51,194 nucleotides of DNA, from the IMG/VR virus record IMGVR_UViG_3300039210_000264, positions 1 through 51,194 of that record; one strand, given 5' to 3'. Below are positions 37,268 through 45,134 of this stretch, piece by piece (positions within the stretch are counted from its first letter, which is position 1; every line of letters begins with the position of its first letter). The notes below the pieces were generated by a model, which was given only the letters and a program-made list of their open reading frames with translations, ran no database searches and was not told where the DNA came from. Both the position numbers and the translations under genes were made by a program. The stretch comes from a virus. Lineage: Duplodnaviria > Caudoviricetes.

Positions 37268-37687
37268 TTATGCTTGCGCTTCGAGAAGAAGGTTCTCTTC
37301 GTTCGCTTCGATCAGCTTGCGGATCACGTTCTTCTGGCCCCGAACGATCTTCTCCAGCCGCGCCTTCTCCCCTGTCAGGTCTTCCACATCGCGTTGGAGC
37401 TTCCGGTAACGCAACTGGCTGATCTGCACCGTGCTGCCGTGTGCCAGCCTTATCTCCCCTTCTCCCGGTAGCTCCTCAAGCGTCGGACGATGCACCCGAA
37501 TATCCCTGGCCTCGTACTGCTTCGTGAACGCGCTCCACGCGCCCTTAGCCAGCCTGTAGCCCGCGCCCACTTTCAGGTCGAGCACGATCTCGGCTTCCTG
37601 CACGGTGATCCACTCTTTGCGGCGGATGCCTTCCAGCACCTGTCGCATATTGGCCCCCTCACTTCTCAGCTTCTCGCTCCATCTCAT
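37268..37687 (-). CDS. Excisionase-like HTH protein with coiled coil
   Basis: WITVQEAEIVLDLKVGAGYRLA...IRVHRPTLE. Confidence 0.55.
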   Translation of the reverse strand: MRWSEKLRSEGANMRQVLEGIRRKEWITVQEAEIVLDLKVGAGYRLAKGAWSAFTKQYEARDIRVHRPTLEELPGEGEIRLAHGSTVQISQLRYRKLQRDVEDLTGEKARLEKIVRGQKNVIRKLIEANEENLLLEAQA

Positions 37688-37831
37688 CGCATCGTCCTCC
37701 GTGGAAAACTTGTACTGCTCGTCCCAACTGTGCTACTCTTAGCGGGACGTATCAGGTTTGCTCACAACGCAGCCGAAGCCGTCACGTGAGGGGGTTGCGG
37801 TATGGACGCAGCTCCCTCTCCTCATACCCAC

Positions 37832-38155
37832 CTAAGCCGCCAGGTCGTCGCTGTCTCCCCCATCCTCTTGCACAGCGCGCCTGCTCTCCACGTACCCACG
37901 CACGGAGTAAATGAGGTGGTGGTTCAGCGCCACCTTCACCCCGCGCCGCCTGATCTGCCCGCACGCCTGGTCTATCAGCACGCAGTGATAGGTCTTGTCC
38001 ACAGCTTCCTGCGCCGCCCCCAAAACCCCCTGGTACTCCCCGTCGGTAACGAGCGCCCCGCCCGGACTGCTCACGCGCCCGGCCTGCACCAGCTTCGCCA
38101 CAACCTCCAACGCCGCGCCTTCCGCGATCTCGCTCTGAAACTCTCCTAAAGCCAT
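37832..38155 (-). CDS. Hypothetical protein
   Basis: ORF with RBS in the early operon. Confidence 0.6.
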   Translation of the reverse strand: MALGEFQSEIAEGAALEVVAKLVQAGRVSSPGGALVTDGEYQGVLGAAQEAVDKTYHCVLIDQACGQIRRRGVKVALNHHLIYSVRGYVESRRAVQEDGGDSDDLAA

Positions 38156-38213
38156 CCTCTTTGACCCCCTTTCTTTGTGAAGTGACGTGACCGTCTTTAC
38201 CAGCGCCGGATGA

Positions 38214-38729
38214 CTACCCCAACGAACTGGCCGCTACTACCTCACCCGCTTCTTCGTCTTCGTCTTCGTCTTCGTCCAAATCCCAATCGTTGGGATACGT
38301 TACGAACGCCCCCAGGTTGGCCGCCTTCGCCCACTGAATAGCCTCTTTGTCGTGGACTTCCGGGTGCTCACTCTGACCGGCCAGCGCTACCTGCAACCGG
38401 ACGACCGCCTCCGCCACGCAGTACGCGATCCAAACCTGGTTGAAAGGTGAGACCTTGCCCGTCACCATCTTTGGCTCCGTGGTAAGTGTCCGGCGCACCA
38501 TCTCGAACGCTTTCCGTGTGCGTATCACAACGCCCGTGATGTCGAGCCACAGCAGGCCGCCATGAAACGGCTCGTCAACGTAGCGCACCACCATCTCGAA
38601 GCCCTCAGCTATACGCCCGTCGTCCGGGCACCACTTGTCCCACCAGCGCAGGGAATTGCCCACGATCCGCTTCGCGTTCTCCCACGTCGGCTCTTCCAGG
38701 CTCCGTATCATCTCGTCAATCTCGCTCAT
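38214..38729 (-). CDS. Hypothetical protein with acidic tail
   Basis: Start MSEIDEM at an ATGA overlap with the HNH stop. Confidence 0.7.
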   Translation of the reverse strand: MSEIDEMIRSLEEPTWENAKRIVGNSLRWWDKWCPDDGRIAEGFEMVVRYVDEPFHGGLLWLDITGVVIRTRKAFEMVRRTLTTEPKMVTGKVSPFNQVWIAYCVAEAVVRLQVALAGQSEHPEVHDKEAIQWAKAANLGAFVTYPNDWDLDEDEDEDEEAGEVVAASSLG

Positions 38730-39229
38730 TGCGTTTCCTCTGCCGGTATATGCTTCCAAAGTCGCCCGGCAATTACCTTGCTTATGCAGCTCGCATTCAC
38801 CCCATATTCTGAGGCGAGCGCGGCGCCCGTAGCCCCGTGCTTGTGCCCGGCACGTATACCGAGCACCTTCTCGACAGTAAGTTTCGCCCTCGGATGGGCC
38901 TCGCCGCGTACCGCCCGTCCTTTCTCTGCCATATCTCGCATATTGTCCGCTTGCGTGCCCAAAAACAGGTGGCTCGGTCGCACACACGCGGGGCTATCGC
39001 ATAAGTGAAGGACCCCCAGCCCGTCAGGGATGGCTCCGTTCACCGATTCATACGAAAAGCGGTGTGCCCTACCAGGGGCCCATTTGGTGCCTTCCTTCGT
39101 GTTGAACTGCCCGTAGCCATTCCAGGATTTACCAGCGGTCCAAAGCCAGCAACTCTCTGTCTTGTTCACCTTGTCCCAAAACCGTCTGCCCAGTTCCATG
39201 TCATTGGCCTCAGATTTCGATGGATCCAT
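38726..39229 (-). CDS. Free-standing HNH endonuclease with C-terminal HTH
   Basis: RFWDKV..CWLW..GYG..RAHRFSY..VLHLCD.PACVRPSHL.LGT.ADNMRDM..KGR..AKLT. Confidence 0.93.
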   Translation of the reverse strand: MDPSKSEANDMELGRRFWDKVNKTESCWLWTAGKSWNGYGQFNTKEGTKWAPGRAHRFSYESVNGAIPDGLGVLHLCDSPACVRPSHLFLGTQADNMRDMAEKGRAVRGEAHPRAKLTVEKVLGIRAGHKHGATGAALASEYGVNASCISKVIAGRLWKHIPAEETQ

Positions 39230-39279
39230 TGATGGAAAAGCCTCCGCACCACTGTATAGTGGTGTTGGAGGTCGTCATT

Positions 39280-39840
39280 CTATGCAACTAACGCCGCTAA
39301 CTCATAATCTTCCAGGTCCAGCTCCATAGCGCTCAGAAAGCTCGACATGGGCGTTGCTGAGCATACCTGGCATACCTGTGCGTCTGGGTCGTTTTGGCAA
39401 CCACAGCGCCCGCAGATAAGCGGCAACTCGGCAAGCGATATAATCTCGCCCGTCTCTGCATCAACCCTTCTGTGCATGGAAGCACGCCTCGTGCTGTCAG
39501 CTATACGTCGGGCCGCTGCTCTCGATGCCTTCGCCGCGTGGTCGCATGGCTTGCCGTTGAGGGCGGCCATACACTCACAGGTGGCCCACAGGCCCTTGAC
39601 GTAGGAGTGGCCACCATGTAGTAGGCTCTTGTAAACGTACTGGTGGTAGCCGTGCTGTATCCCGCTGGTGCTCTTTACGTAGAAGACCAGCGCGCCCGTG
39701 CGAGGGTTCTGTCCGACCCATTGTGCATAGTGCTCACGGCGGGTGGCGCGCTCAAGTGCTGTCTCGATGCGAGCCTCCAGCGTATAAGCGGGGCGGGTGG
39801 ATTTCATTGCTTGTTTGCGGAATGTTGCTGTTGCGGTCAT
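39280..39840 (-). CDS. SWIM zinc-finger protein with C-terminal zinc ribbon
   Basis: TCECMA....PCDH (SWIM) and CGRCG..N....CQVC. Confidence 0.75.
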   Translation of the reverse strand: MTATATFRKQAMKSTRPAYTLEARIETALERATRREHYAQWVGQNPRTGALVFYVKSTSGIQHGYHQYVYKSLLHGGHSYVKGLWATCECMAALNGKPCDHAAKASRAAARRIADSTRRASMHRRVDAETGEIISLAELPLICGRCGCQNDPDAQVCQVCSATPMSSFLSAMELDLEDYELAALVA

Positions 39841-39895
39841 GTTTGGCTCCTTTGCTTGGTATGGACTTGAAAGGATGTGTTTGTTGATTGGTGTT

Positions 39896-40099
39896 TTAGC
39901 CGACGCTGCTGAGGACGCGCTCTTGACGTGTGCGGAGTTCCATAATTTGGCGACGAAGCACCTCGGCCAGGGTGATCCCCGCCAGGGTCGCAGCGCTATC
40001 AACAATGCTGTAAAGCTCCGGCGATACCCACACCTGCATCAGGATCGTATTAGGGTTCGCTACCTTGCGGCTTGGTTTGCGTGTTTTCGTCCCTGCCAT
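39896..40099 (-). CDS. Ribbon-helix-helix regulator (Cro/Arc-like role)
   Basis: MQVWVSPELYSIVDSAATLAGITLAEVLRR; divergent from the repressor. Confidence 0.75.
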   Translation of the reverse strand: MAGTKTRKPSRKVANPNTILMQVWVSPELYSIVDSAATLAGITLAEVLRRQIMELRTRQERVLSSVG

Positions 40100-40103
40100 T
40101 GTC

Positions 40104-40313
40104 TTATCTCCTACCAGCCAGGTTGTGCCTGGCTTTCATGTACGCCGGGTAAGTCGCGTCCCAATACTTGTCGGTTGCCAACTGCTTGACCGGCTTCGGC
40201 TCTAGGCCAGCTGCTTTGTCCGCTTCTCGCTGTGCCAGTACGCGGCAGATAAACAGTTGGCATGAAGGGCCGTGCTTGCAGTTGCTTGTGGTTTCGGTTG
40301 GGGTGCTCGTCAT
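40104..40313 (-). CDS. Hypothetical protein, first gene of the early lytic operon
   Basis: GGAG RBS downstream of a consensus promoter. Confidence 0.6.
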   Translation of the reverse strand: MTSTPTETTSNCKHGPSCQLFICRVLAQREADKAAGLEPKPVKQLATDKYWDATYPAYMKARHNLAGRR

Positions 40314-40357
40314 TGTGAACTCCGATATTTCCTCTATTCGTTCTGCTGTCTATGACC

Positions 40358-40386
40358 ATTATATCAGATATATATGCAGTTGTCAA
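40358..40386 (-). promoter_or_regulatory. Early lytic promoter (perfect sigma70 consensus)
   Basis: TTGACA-17 bp-TATAAT with TGn. Confidence 0.9.
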
Positions 40387-40425
40387 TAGGTAAATCGAGA
40401 TTGGTATAGGGAATAACGAAAATGG

Positions 40426-40454
40426 TTACACTATATAGCGCACATAGATATAAT
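40426..40454 (+). promoter_or_regulatory. Repressor promoter, probably leaderless transcript
   Basis: TTACAC-17 bp-TATAAT; ATG begins 6 nt after the -10 with no SD. Confidence 0.75.
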
Positions 40455-40460
40455 GAATAT

Positions 40461-40928
40461 ATGGCTGTTACGGAGGATAGGGTGCTCCCCTTTGGCGCGG
40501 CGTTGCGATTTTGGCGTAAGCTCCGCGGTTTCAAGCAAGGCGCCCTGGCGCAGGCTTTGGGCATTACGCAGAGCACGTATTCAGGTTGGGAACGCCAGTC
40601 AGAGCCGCCACGGAACACGTTGGCAGTTGCGCAGTTGGCTGTCCTGCTGGGTGTAGAATATGAAGCGTTGAAGGAAGGGCGGATTGAGATGCCCGCGATA
40701 GCTGCGATTCAAGTATCAGAGCAGGACATGATCGAGACTATCGCTCGCCAGCGTGGTATCAGTCCTGAATTACTAAGGGACTGGATTATCGCGCTCATTG
40801 TTATGCCAGCAGAAACCCAGGAGATCGAGGTGGAAGGCGCACGTCTAAAGACACGTCTGTGGCAAAAGCAGCATAAACGCCTGAACGAGGCAAACGCTGA
40901 ATACAACGCTGAGATTGAAGAAGGCTAG
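40461..40928 (+). CDS. Immunity repressor (XRE-family HTH)
   Basis: FGAALRFWRKLRGFKQGALAQALGITQSTYSGWERQSEPP...LAVLLGV; no S24 peptidase domain. Confidence 0.88.
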   Translation: MAVTEDRVLPFGAALRFWRKLRGFKQGALAQALGITQSTYSGWERQSEPPRNTLAVAQLAVLLGVEYEALKEGRIEMPAIAAIQVSEQDMIETIARQRGISPELLRDWIIALIVMPAETQEIEVEGARLKTRLWQKQHKRLNEANAEYNAEIEEG

Positions 40929-40931
40929 AAC

Positions 40932-41246
40932 ATGGAGAAGCTACCACGCAAATACCTGCTACTGCATCCGGCAGTAGTGCCCGCCAAGTGGCTGGAGCTT
41001 GCCGACATTCTGACAGACATGGACACGGCGGCAGCGCACGAAGTAGTAGAGGGCGCACAGGCCCGGGCCTGGTGGGCAGGGTGGAGTGACGTGCGCCCGC
41101 CGAACACGTATGTAAGGGTGCTAGGTAGCCCACCACCAGCCGACTTCGACGCGCTGTGCATTGACGACACCCTACACCGCGCTTATAATCGTGGCACTGA
41201 CACCCACCAATCGACACCTTCGCGCCATAGCCATACAGTCGTATAG
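40932..41246 (+). CDS. Hypothetical protein in the lysogeny operon
   Basis: Starts 3 nt after the repressor stop. Confidence 0.55.
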   Translation: MEKLPRKYLLLHPAVVPAKWLELADILTDMDTAAAHEVVEGAQARAWWAGWSDVRPPNTYVRVLGSPPPADFDALCIDDTLHRAYNRGTDTHQSTPSRHSHTVV

Positions 41247-41362
41247 GGAGGAACACATGTACAAACAACCAAACCAACCTCAGCAGGCGCCAACAGCAGC
41301 GCTGGTCGAGCAAATAGCCAGCGCCACTAAGTGTGCTAATATAGGGCAGTAGGGAACAACCA

Positions 41363-41752
41363 ATGCAAATAGTACAATCTGCTATCGGCTTCTTGCGTGT
41401 GATAGGCTGGTTCGTGCTGGTGGGTGCACTCATATTCAGCGCCGTCTATCTATTCAGTGGGCTGGGTAATGTGACGGATGCCTATAAAGGGCTTTACCTG
41501 CTTCTAGCCGTGAGCATCCTGTTAGGTGGAATATTCGTGTGGGCGGTCTGCATTACGCTGGCGGCCATTACGGAGAACTCTATTGTCAGCCGCGACATAC
41601 TACAGCATGCAGGGCTGCGGTGGCTACGCGAGCGTGCGCACGCCGAGCTACCCCTACGCTATCAGATATACGATAACCACGCAGACCCCGTTGTAAAGCC
41701 TGCCTATCGTGATACGCGCGTAACCCGCCACGCTTTAAGTAAAATCACGTAG
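41363..41752 (+). CDS. Two-TM membrane protein (possible superinfection exclusion)
   Basis: Two hydrophobic helices; located between repressor and integrase. Confidence 0.65.
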   Translation: MQIVQSAIGFLRVIGWFVLVGALIFSAVYLFSGLGNVTDAYKGLYLLLAVSILLGGIFVWAVCITLAAITENSIVSRDILQHAGLRWLRERAHAELPLRYQIYDNHADPVVKPAYRDTRVTRHALSKIT

Positions 41753-41764
41753 GGGTACACAGCC

Positions 41765-42925
41765 ATGCCAAGAACCAGGAAACGTCGGCACAGGGCCAGT
41801 GGCGAAGGCACGATCTTTCAGCGCAAGGATGCCCGTTGGGTCGCCCAGACAGCGCCCCTGCCCCATCTCAATGGCGAGCGCAAAGCCTTCTACGGCAAGA
41901 CCTCGCAGGAGGCCCGCGAGAAACGCGCTGCGTACCTGGCAACCCTCCCCCGGCAGGCCAACCTCTCCTCGCAAAACTGGACGCTCGACGAGTGGATGGA
42001 CTACTGGCTCGAAAACGTAGTGCGCCGGAATCGCCGCGCCATCACACATCGAAATTATGAAGTCGTTATCACCAACCACATCGTCCCCCTCCTGGGCCAC
42101 CTCCGCCTACGCGAGCTTACCCTGCCCCACATAGAGAATTGGCTTGCCGAACTCCATACGGCACACCACCTGTCGAGCCAGTCAATACGCAACGTTTACG
42201 CCGTGCTCAGGGCTGCTCTCAACCATGCAGTCAAATCCGACCTCGTAATTCGCAACGTCGCTACCCTGGCCGATATGCCCAGGAGCGATACCCACAAGGC
42301 CCGACACCTTACCCCAGTTGAGTCCCGCGCGCTCCTGCGGGCCGTAAAGGGCGACCGCCTCGAAGCCCTGTTCGTCTTGTGCCTCTCCCTGGGCTTGCGT
42401 CGTGGCGAGGTGCTGGGCCTCACCTGGGACGACGTAGACCTCGACAAGGGCATCGTTCATATTCAGCACACCCGCTATCCCGTCAGAGGCGCCGACATAA
42501 TCGAAAACCCGAAGACCAGGGCCTCGCAGAGACACCAGGGCCTACCCAGCGTCACCCGCCAGTCGCTCCGGACGCACCGTGCCCGCCAGCAGCAAGAGCG
42601 CCTAAGACTGGGCGCCAAATGGCGGGGGCAGAACTATGTGTTCACCAATATCCGGGGCGCGCCCATGTCCACCAACATGTTCCGCTACCACCTCGACAAG
42701 GCTGTGAAGCGAGCGGGCATCGAGTCGTTGCACATCCACGGTCTGCGTCACACCGCCGTCTCGCTCATGATCAGGCAAAAGGTGGACATCAAAGTGATCT
42801 CCGAGGCTATAGGCCACACCAACATCGCCACTACGCTCGACATCTACGGTCACGTTTACGATGAGCAGCGCCGAGAAATGGCCGAGGCAATGGACGCGAT
42901 CCTGACCGACGAAAACATAATTTAG
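41765..42925 (+). CDS. int: Tyrosine integrase (ICEBs1/Tn916-like with arm-binding domain)
   Basis: GEGTIFQRKDARW arm domain; catalytic GLRRGE, PKT, HGLRH, GH, IY. Confidence 0.96.
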   Translation: MPRTRKRRHRASGEGTIFQRKDARWVAQTAPLPHLNGERKAFYGKTSQEAREKRAAYLATLPRQANLSSQNWTLDEWMDYWLENVVRRNRRAITHRNYEVVITNHIVPLLGHLRLRELTLPHIENWLAELHTAHHLSSQSIRNVYAVLRAALNHAVKSDLVIRNVATLADMPRSDTHKARHLTPVESRALLRAVKGDRLEALFVLCLSLGLRRGEVLGLTWDDVDLDKGIVHIQHTRYPVRGADIIENPKTRASQRHQGLPSVTRQSLRTHRARQQQERLRLGAKWRGQNYVFTNIRGAPMSTNMFRYHLDKAVKRAGIESLHIHGLRHTAVSLMIRQKVDIKVISEAIGHTNIATTLDIYGHVYDEQRREMAEAMDAILTDENII

Positions 42926-43004
42926 GGGCGTGTTGCTGTCAGGTCGCTGTCAATTCGTTGTTCCAAACCTACCCACCCACCCCAGAGAGGCCGAAATCAG
43001 GCAC

Positions 43005-43034
43005 AAAAATAGCGCCCAGCAGTGGAGCGCTATT
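43005..43034 (-). terminator. Intrinsic terminator
   Basis: Minus strand aatagcgctcca-ctgc-tgggcgctattttt. Confidence 0.75.
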
Positions 43035-43068
43035 CAGTTAGGGTACATTCTACTATATTACGCGACGA

Positions 43069-43162
43069 TTCCTTCGAGGGCAACTTAACTAAGCCTGGTG
43101 CATGGGAGTTGCACTATTTGGGGGTGCAGCCCCTCCAAAGGCCGGGCTAATTAACCGAGGAA
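43069..43162 (+). ncRNA. Putative structured RNA (three-way junction) inside attP
   Basis: Nested pairing ttccttcg/cgaggaa, ttaactaagcctgg/ccgggctaattaa, hairpins gtgca/tgcac and tttggggg/ccctccaaa; TATATT at 43054-43059. Confidence 0.5.
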
Positions 43163-43223
43163 CAGAGGGCTACGCTGTCAAGATGCTGTCATCCGGCACT
43201 GTCGTCAACGGTTGCCAGATACA

Positions 43224-43433
43224 TCAACGAGCCGCATACTCGTTCAGCCGCCGCAGAGCCTCACGTACACCACGCGACAAGTAGCCGCCGCCTAGCTCGC
43301 GGAGCTGGTCGGCGTCCTCGGCTGTCATGGTGAGCGTGTGCTTTGTCATCCGAGGCACACCCGTTTCTTCCGCGCTCTTCCGGCCAGCGCCGGGTCGCTT
43401 GCCTCCGTGTCTAATGTTGATAGTCTTCGTCAA
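43224..43433 (-). CDS. Small DNA-binding protein (GGKRPGAGRK motif plus RHH)
   Basis: HGGKRPGAGRK...KHTLTMTAEDADQLRELGGGYLSRGVREAL. Confidence 0.75.
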   Translation of the reverse strand: MTKTINIRHGGKRPGAGRKSAEETGVPRMTKHTLTMTAEDADQLRELGGGYLSRGVREALRRLNEYAAR

Positions 43434-43656
43434 TTTGCGGCCCCCCTTTTCTCCCCTCTATTATACGCTCATGGGCCGCCTCGCACTCTTCGCAGAAATA
43501 GTAGAAGGAGATGCCCTTCACCCCGCCGGCGTTCCAACGCACACTATTGCAAACCACAGCGCGCGCTTCGCAAATGACGCCCTATTGGTACCCCTGGCAT
43601 TTGATCCTCGGTTGATCCTCCACCTGGAGGGTGCGGCGTTCCGTAATACTTGCCAT
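43411..43656 (-). pseudogene. Small Cys-rich gene with internal TAG at codon 25
   Basis: AAAGGGGGG RBS; MASITERRTLQVEDQPRIKCQGYQ*GVICEAR...YFCEECEAAH...; stop at 43582-43584. Confidence 0.6.
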
Positions 43657-43674
43657 TGCCCCCCCTTTCGAGTT

Positions 43675-43699
43675 GGGCGCGATCGTGGTGGCCGCGCCC
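43675..43699. repeat. Intergenic GC hairpin repeat, copy 1
   Basis: gggcgcgatcgtggtggccgcgccc; 22/25 identical to 44100-44124. Confidence 0.85.
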
Positions 43700-43709
43700 T
43701 GGCTTTTGT

Positions 43710-44078
43710 CTAAGCACACAGCCGGCAGTGGTGATCCTGCCAATCATCGCACTTGACCACGAACGGCGTGCTGACCCACACCGGATGCTCTATGCACTTG
43801 ACTATGGCGGCCGGTATGCGCTCCGGCTCGACCCAGCATATCGTCAACGACTCCAACTGCTCGACCATGTATAGGCCCTCGCCCCCGGCCAGCACCCTGC
43901 AAATCGCCAGCTCCGACCCGCTGCCATCGAACGCATCGTTGAGCAGCAGGTACGTCGTCCCCTCGTGTTCGACCCTGTAGCTGTTGCAAGCCACCCAGGA
44001 AGCCGTACGCTCGAAGTCCGCCTTGATCTCTTCCAGCGTGGCCGGCTTCACACTAAACCGCCGTATCTTGTGTATCAT
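43710..44078 (-). CDS. Hypothetical accessory protein
   Basis: AGGAG RBS; YLLLNDAFDG...EQLESLT motif; C-terminal HCRLCA. Confidence 0.8.
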   Translation of the reverse strand: MIHKIRRFSVKPATLEEIKADFERTASWVACNSYRVEHEGTTYLLLNDAFDGSGSELAICRVLAGGEGLYMVEQLESLTICWVEPERIPAAIVKCIEHPVWVSTPFVVKCDDWQDHHCRLCA

Positions 44079-44099
44079 CGTCTTTCTCCTATGGATGTG

Positions 44100-44124
44100 G
44101 GGCGCGGTCGCGGGGGCCGCGCCC
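44100..44124. repeat. Intergenic GC hairpin repeat, copy 2
   Basis: gggcgcggtcgcgggggccgcgccc. Confidence 0.85.
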
Positions 44125-44132
44125 TGCTACTG

Positions 44133-44849
44133 CTATCTAAACGCGACCCAGAGATCGCATCCCAGTCCTACCACAGCCCGCGTACCCGCCGTGCCGATGC
44201 CCATGCGATTGGTTTTACGGACGGGCGATCCCTCTTTTAGAAGAGGCCACAATTCGTTGATGTAATCTGTCCAGTCATCATGCCGACTCTTTGTGAAGTC
44301 TGTATTGAGGAAAAACAGCCGCCCCATTCCGTCAACAGCATCCGGCGACTCCGTCCCGTAATACTCCCCGGCAAACCGACCCTCGAAGAAATACCGCGCC
44401 AGGTTGTCAACGTGTTCTACCGCGCAAGGTTTGGATGTCATGAGCGCCAGCCCGTACCCGTCGCTCTCGAAACTCTTGTAATCGTACCAACTGTGCTCCC
44501 CATCCGGGCACACGTCCGGGTTCTGGTCCAGCCACCCCGCGAAACTGACCTCATCTCGAAACCACGCCGGCAGCTTCTCGCCTATCAAAAAGCGCTGTAC
44601 CTCTACGATCTCGCCACACTCGAACGCCGACTCGAAGAACACTCGGAACGAATAGGCATCCTGCCTATCGACCTGGACTTGTAGGAGCGCTAGCGCCCGC
44701 TCGGTGCAACGGTACGCCATACCGTCTATAGCAAACGTGCATTCCCGCCCGCAACTGTGAGCGAGGGGAGGCATCAAGGCTGTGCCACACGCAGGGCAGT
44801 GAATTACAACCGCCTTGCTTTTCGTTGATTCTCTTGATATAATCTTCAT
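44133..44849 (-). CDS. Hypothetical acidic/aromatic accessory protein with N-terminal CPAC..H.C
   Basis: Start MKIISRES after AAAGGAG. Confidence 0.8.
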   Translation of the reverse strand: MKIISRESTKSKAVVIHCPACGTALMPPLAHSCGRECTFAIDGMAYRCTERALALLQVQVDRQDAYSFRVFFESAFECGEIVEVQRFLIGEKLPAWFRDEVSFAGWLDQNPDVCPDGEHSWYDYKSFESDGYGLALMTSKPCAVEHVDNLARYFFEGRFAGEYYGTESPDAVDGMGRLFFLNTDFTKSRHDDWTDYINELWPLLKEGSPVRKTNRMGIGTAGTRAVVGLGCDLWVAFR

Positions 44850-44934
44850 TGCAATCTCCTTTACCGGGGTTGTGTGCGGACGGTGTGGCCTCAAGAACTA
44901 AACCGTCCGCTTTTCTTATTGTTTCTACCTTATA

Positions 44935-44963
44935 AGTATATCATACTTTTATCAAGATTGCAA
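44935..44963 (-). promoter_or_regulatory. Strong sigma70 promoter of the accessory operon, with overlapping inverted repeat
   Basis: TTGCAA-17 bp-TATACT with TGn; AAGTAT-gat-ATACTT overlaps the -10. Confidence 0.82.
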
Positions 44964-45134
44964 GGGTTTTAGGCACGAATATCCGATATTCGTTTGCTTG
45001 CCGTGCCTGTTTTGGGCAGCAAAAAGCCCGCCTTGCCAGCCGGCCCGCCAGAGCGTAAAATGAAGACCACCGCACCGGCCCACATAGAGCCGGTCATTCT
45101 TCGCTATTGCACTGCACCAGGAGGCCCCCACGCC

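Larger units (their letters stand above)
42935..43191. other. Predicted attP with GCTGTCA arm-type repeats
   Basis: Non-coding region after int; GCTGTCA at 42935, 42946, 43174, 43185 (two pairs, each 11 bp apart). Confidence 0.75.

Noticed and set aside
43096-43160. Fluoride riboswitch or 6S RNA identity for the attP structure
   Set aside because: Only superficial similarity (ATGGGAGTT, GCTAAT); the required pseudoknot partner and the 6S length and central bubble are absent.
30460-43656. Genome-wide TAG recoding (suggested by in-frame TAGs at 43582 and 30497, and 613 being in frame with the next gene)
   Set aside because: Many conserved genes (int, terL, bet, MTase, endolysin) end properly at TAG, coding density is high in the standard code, and no suppressor tRNA is present.
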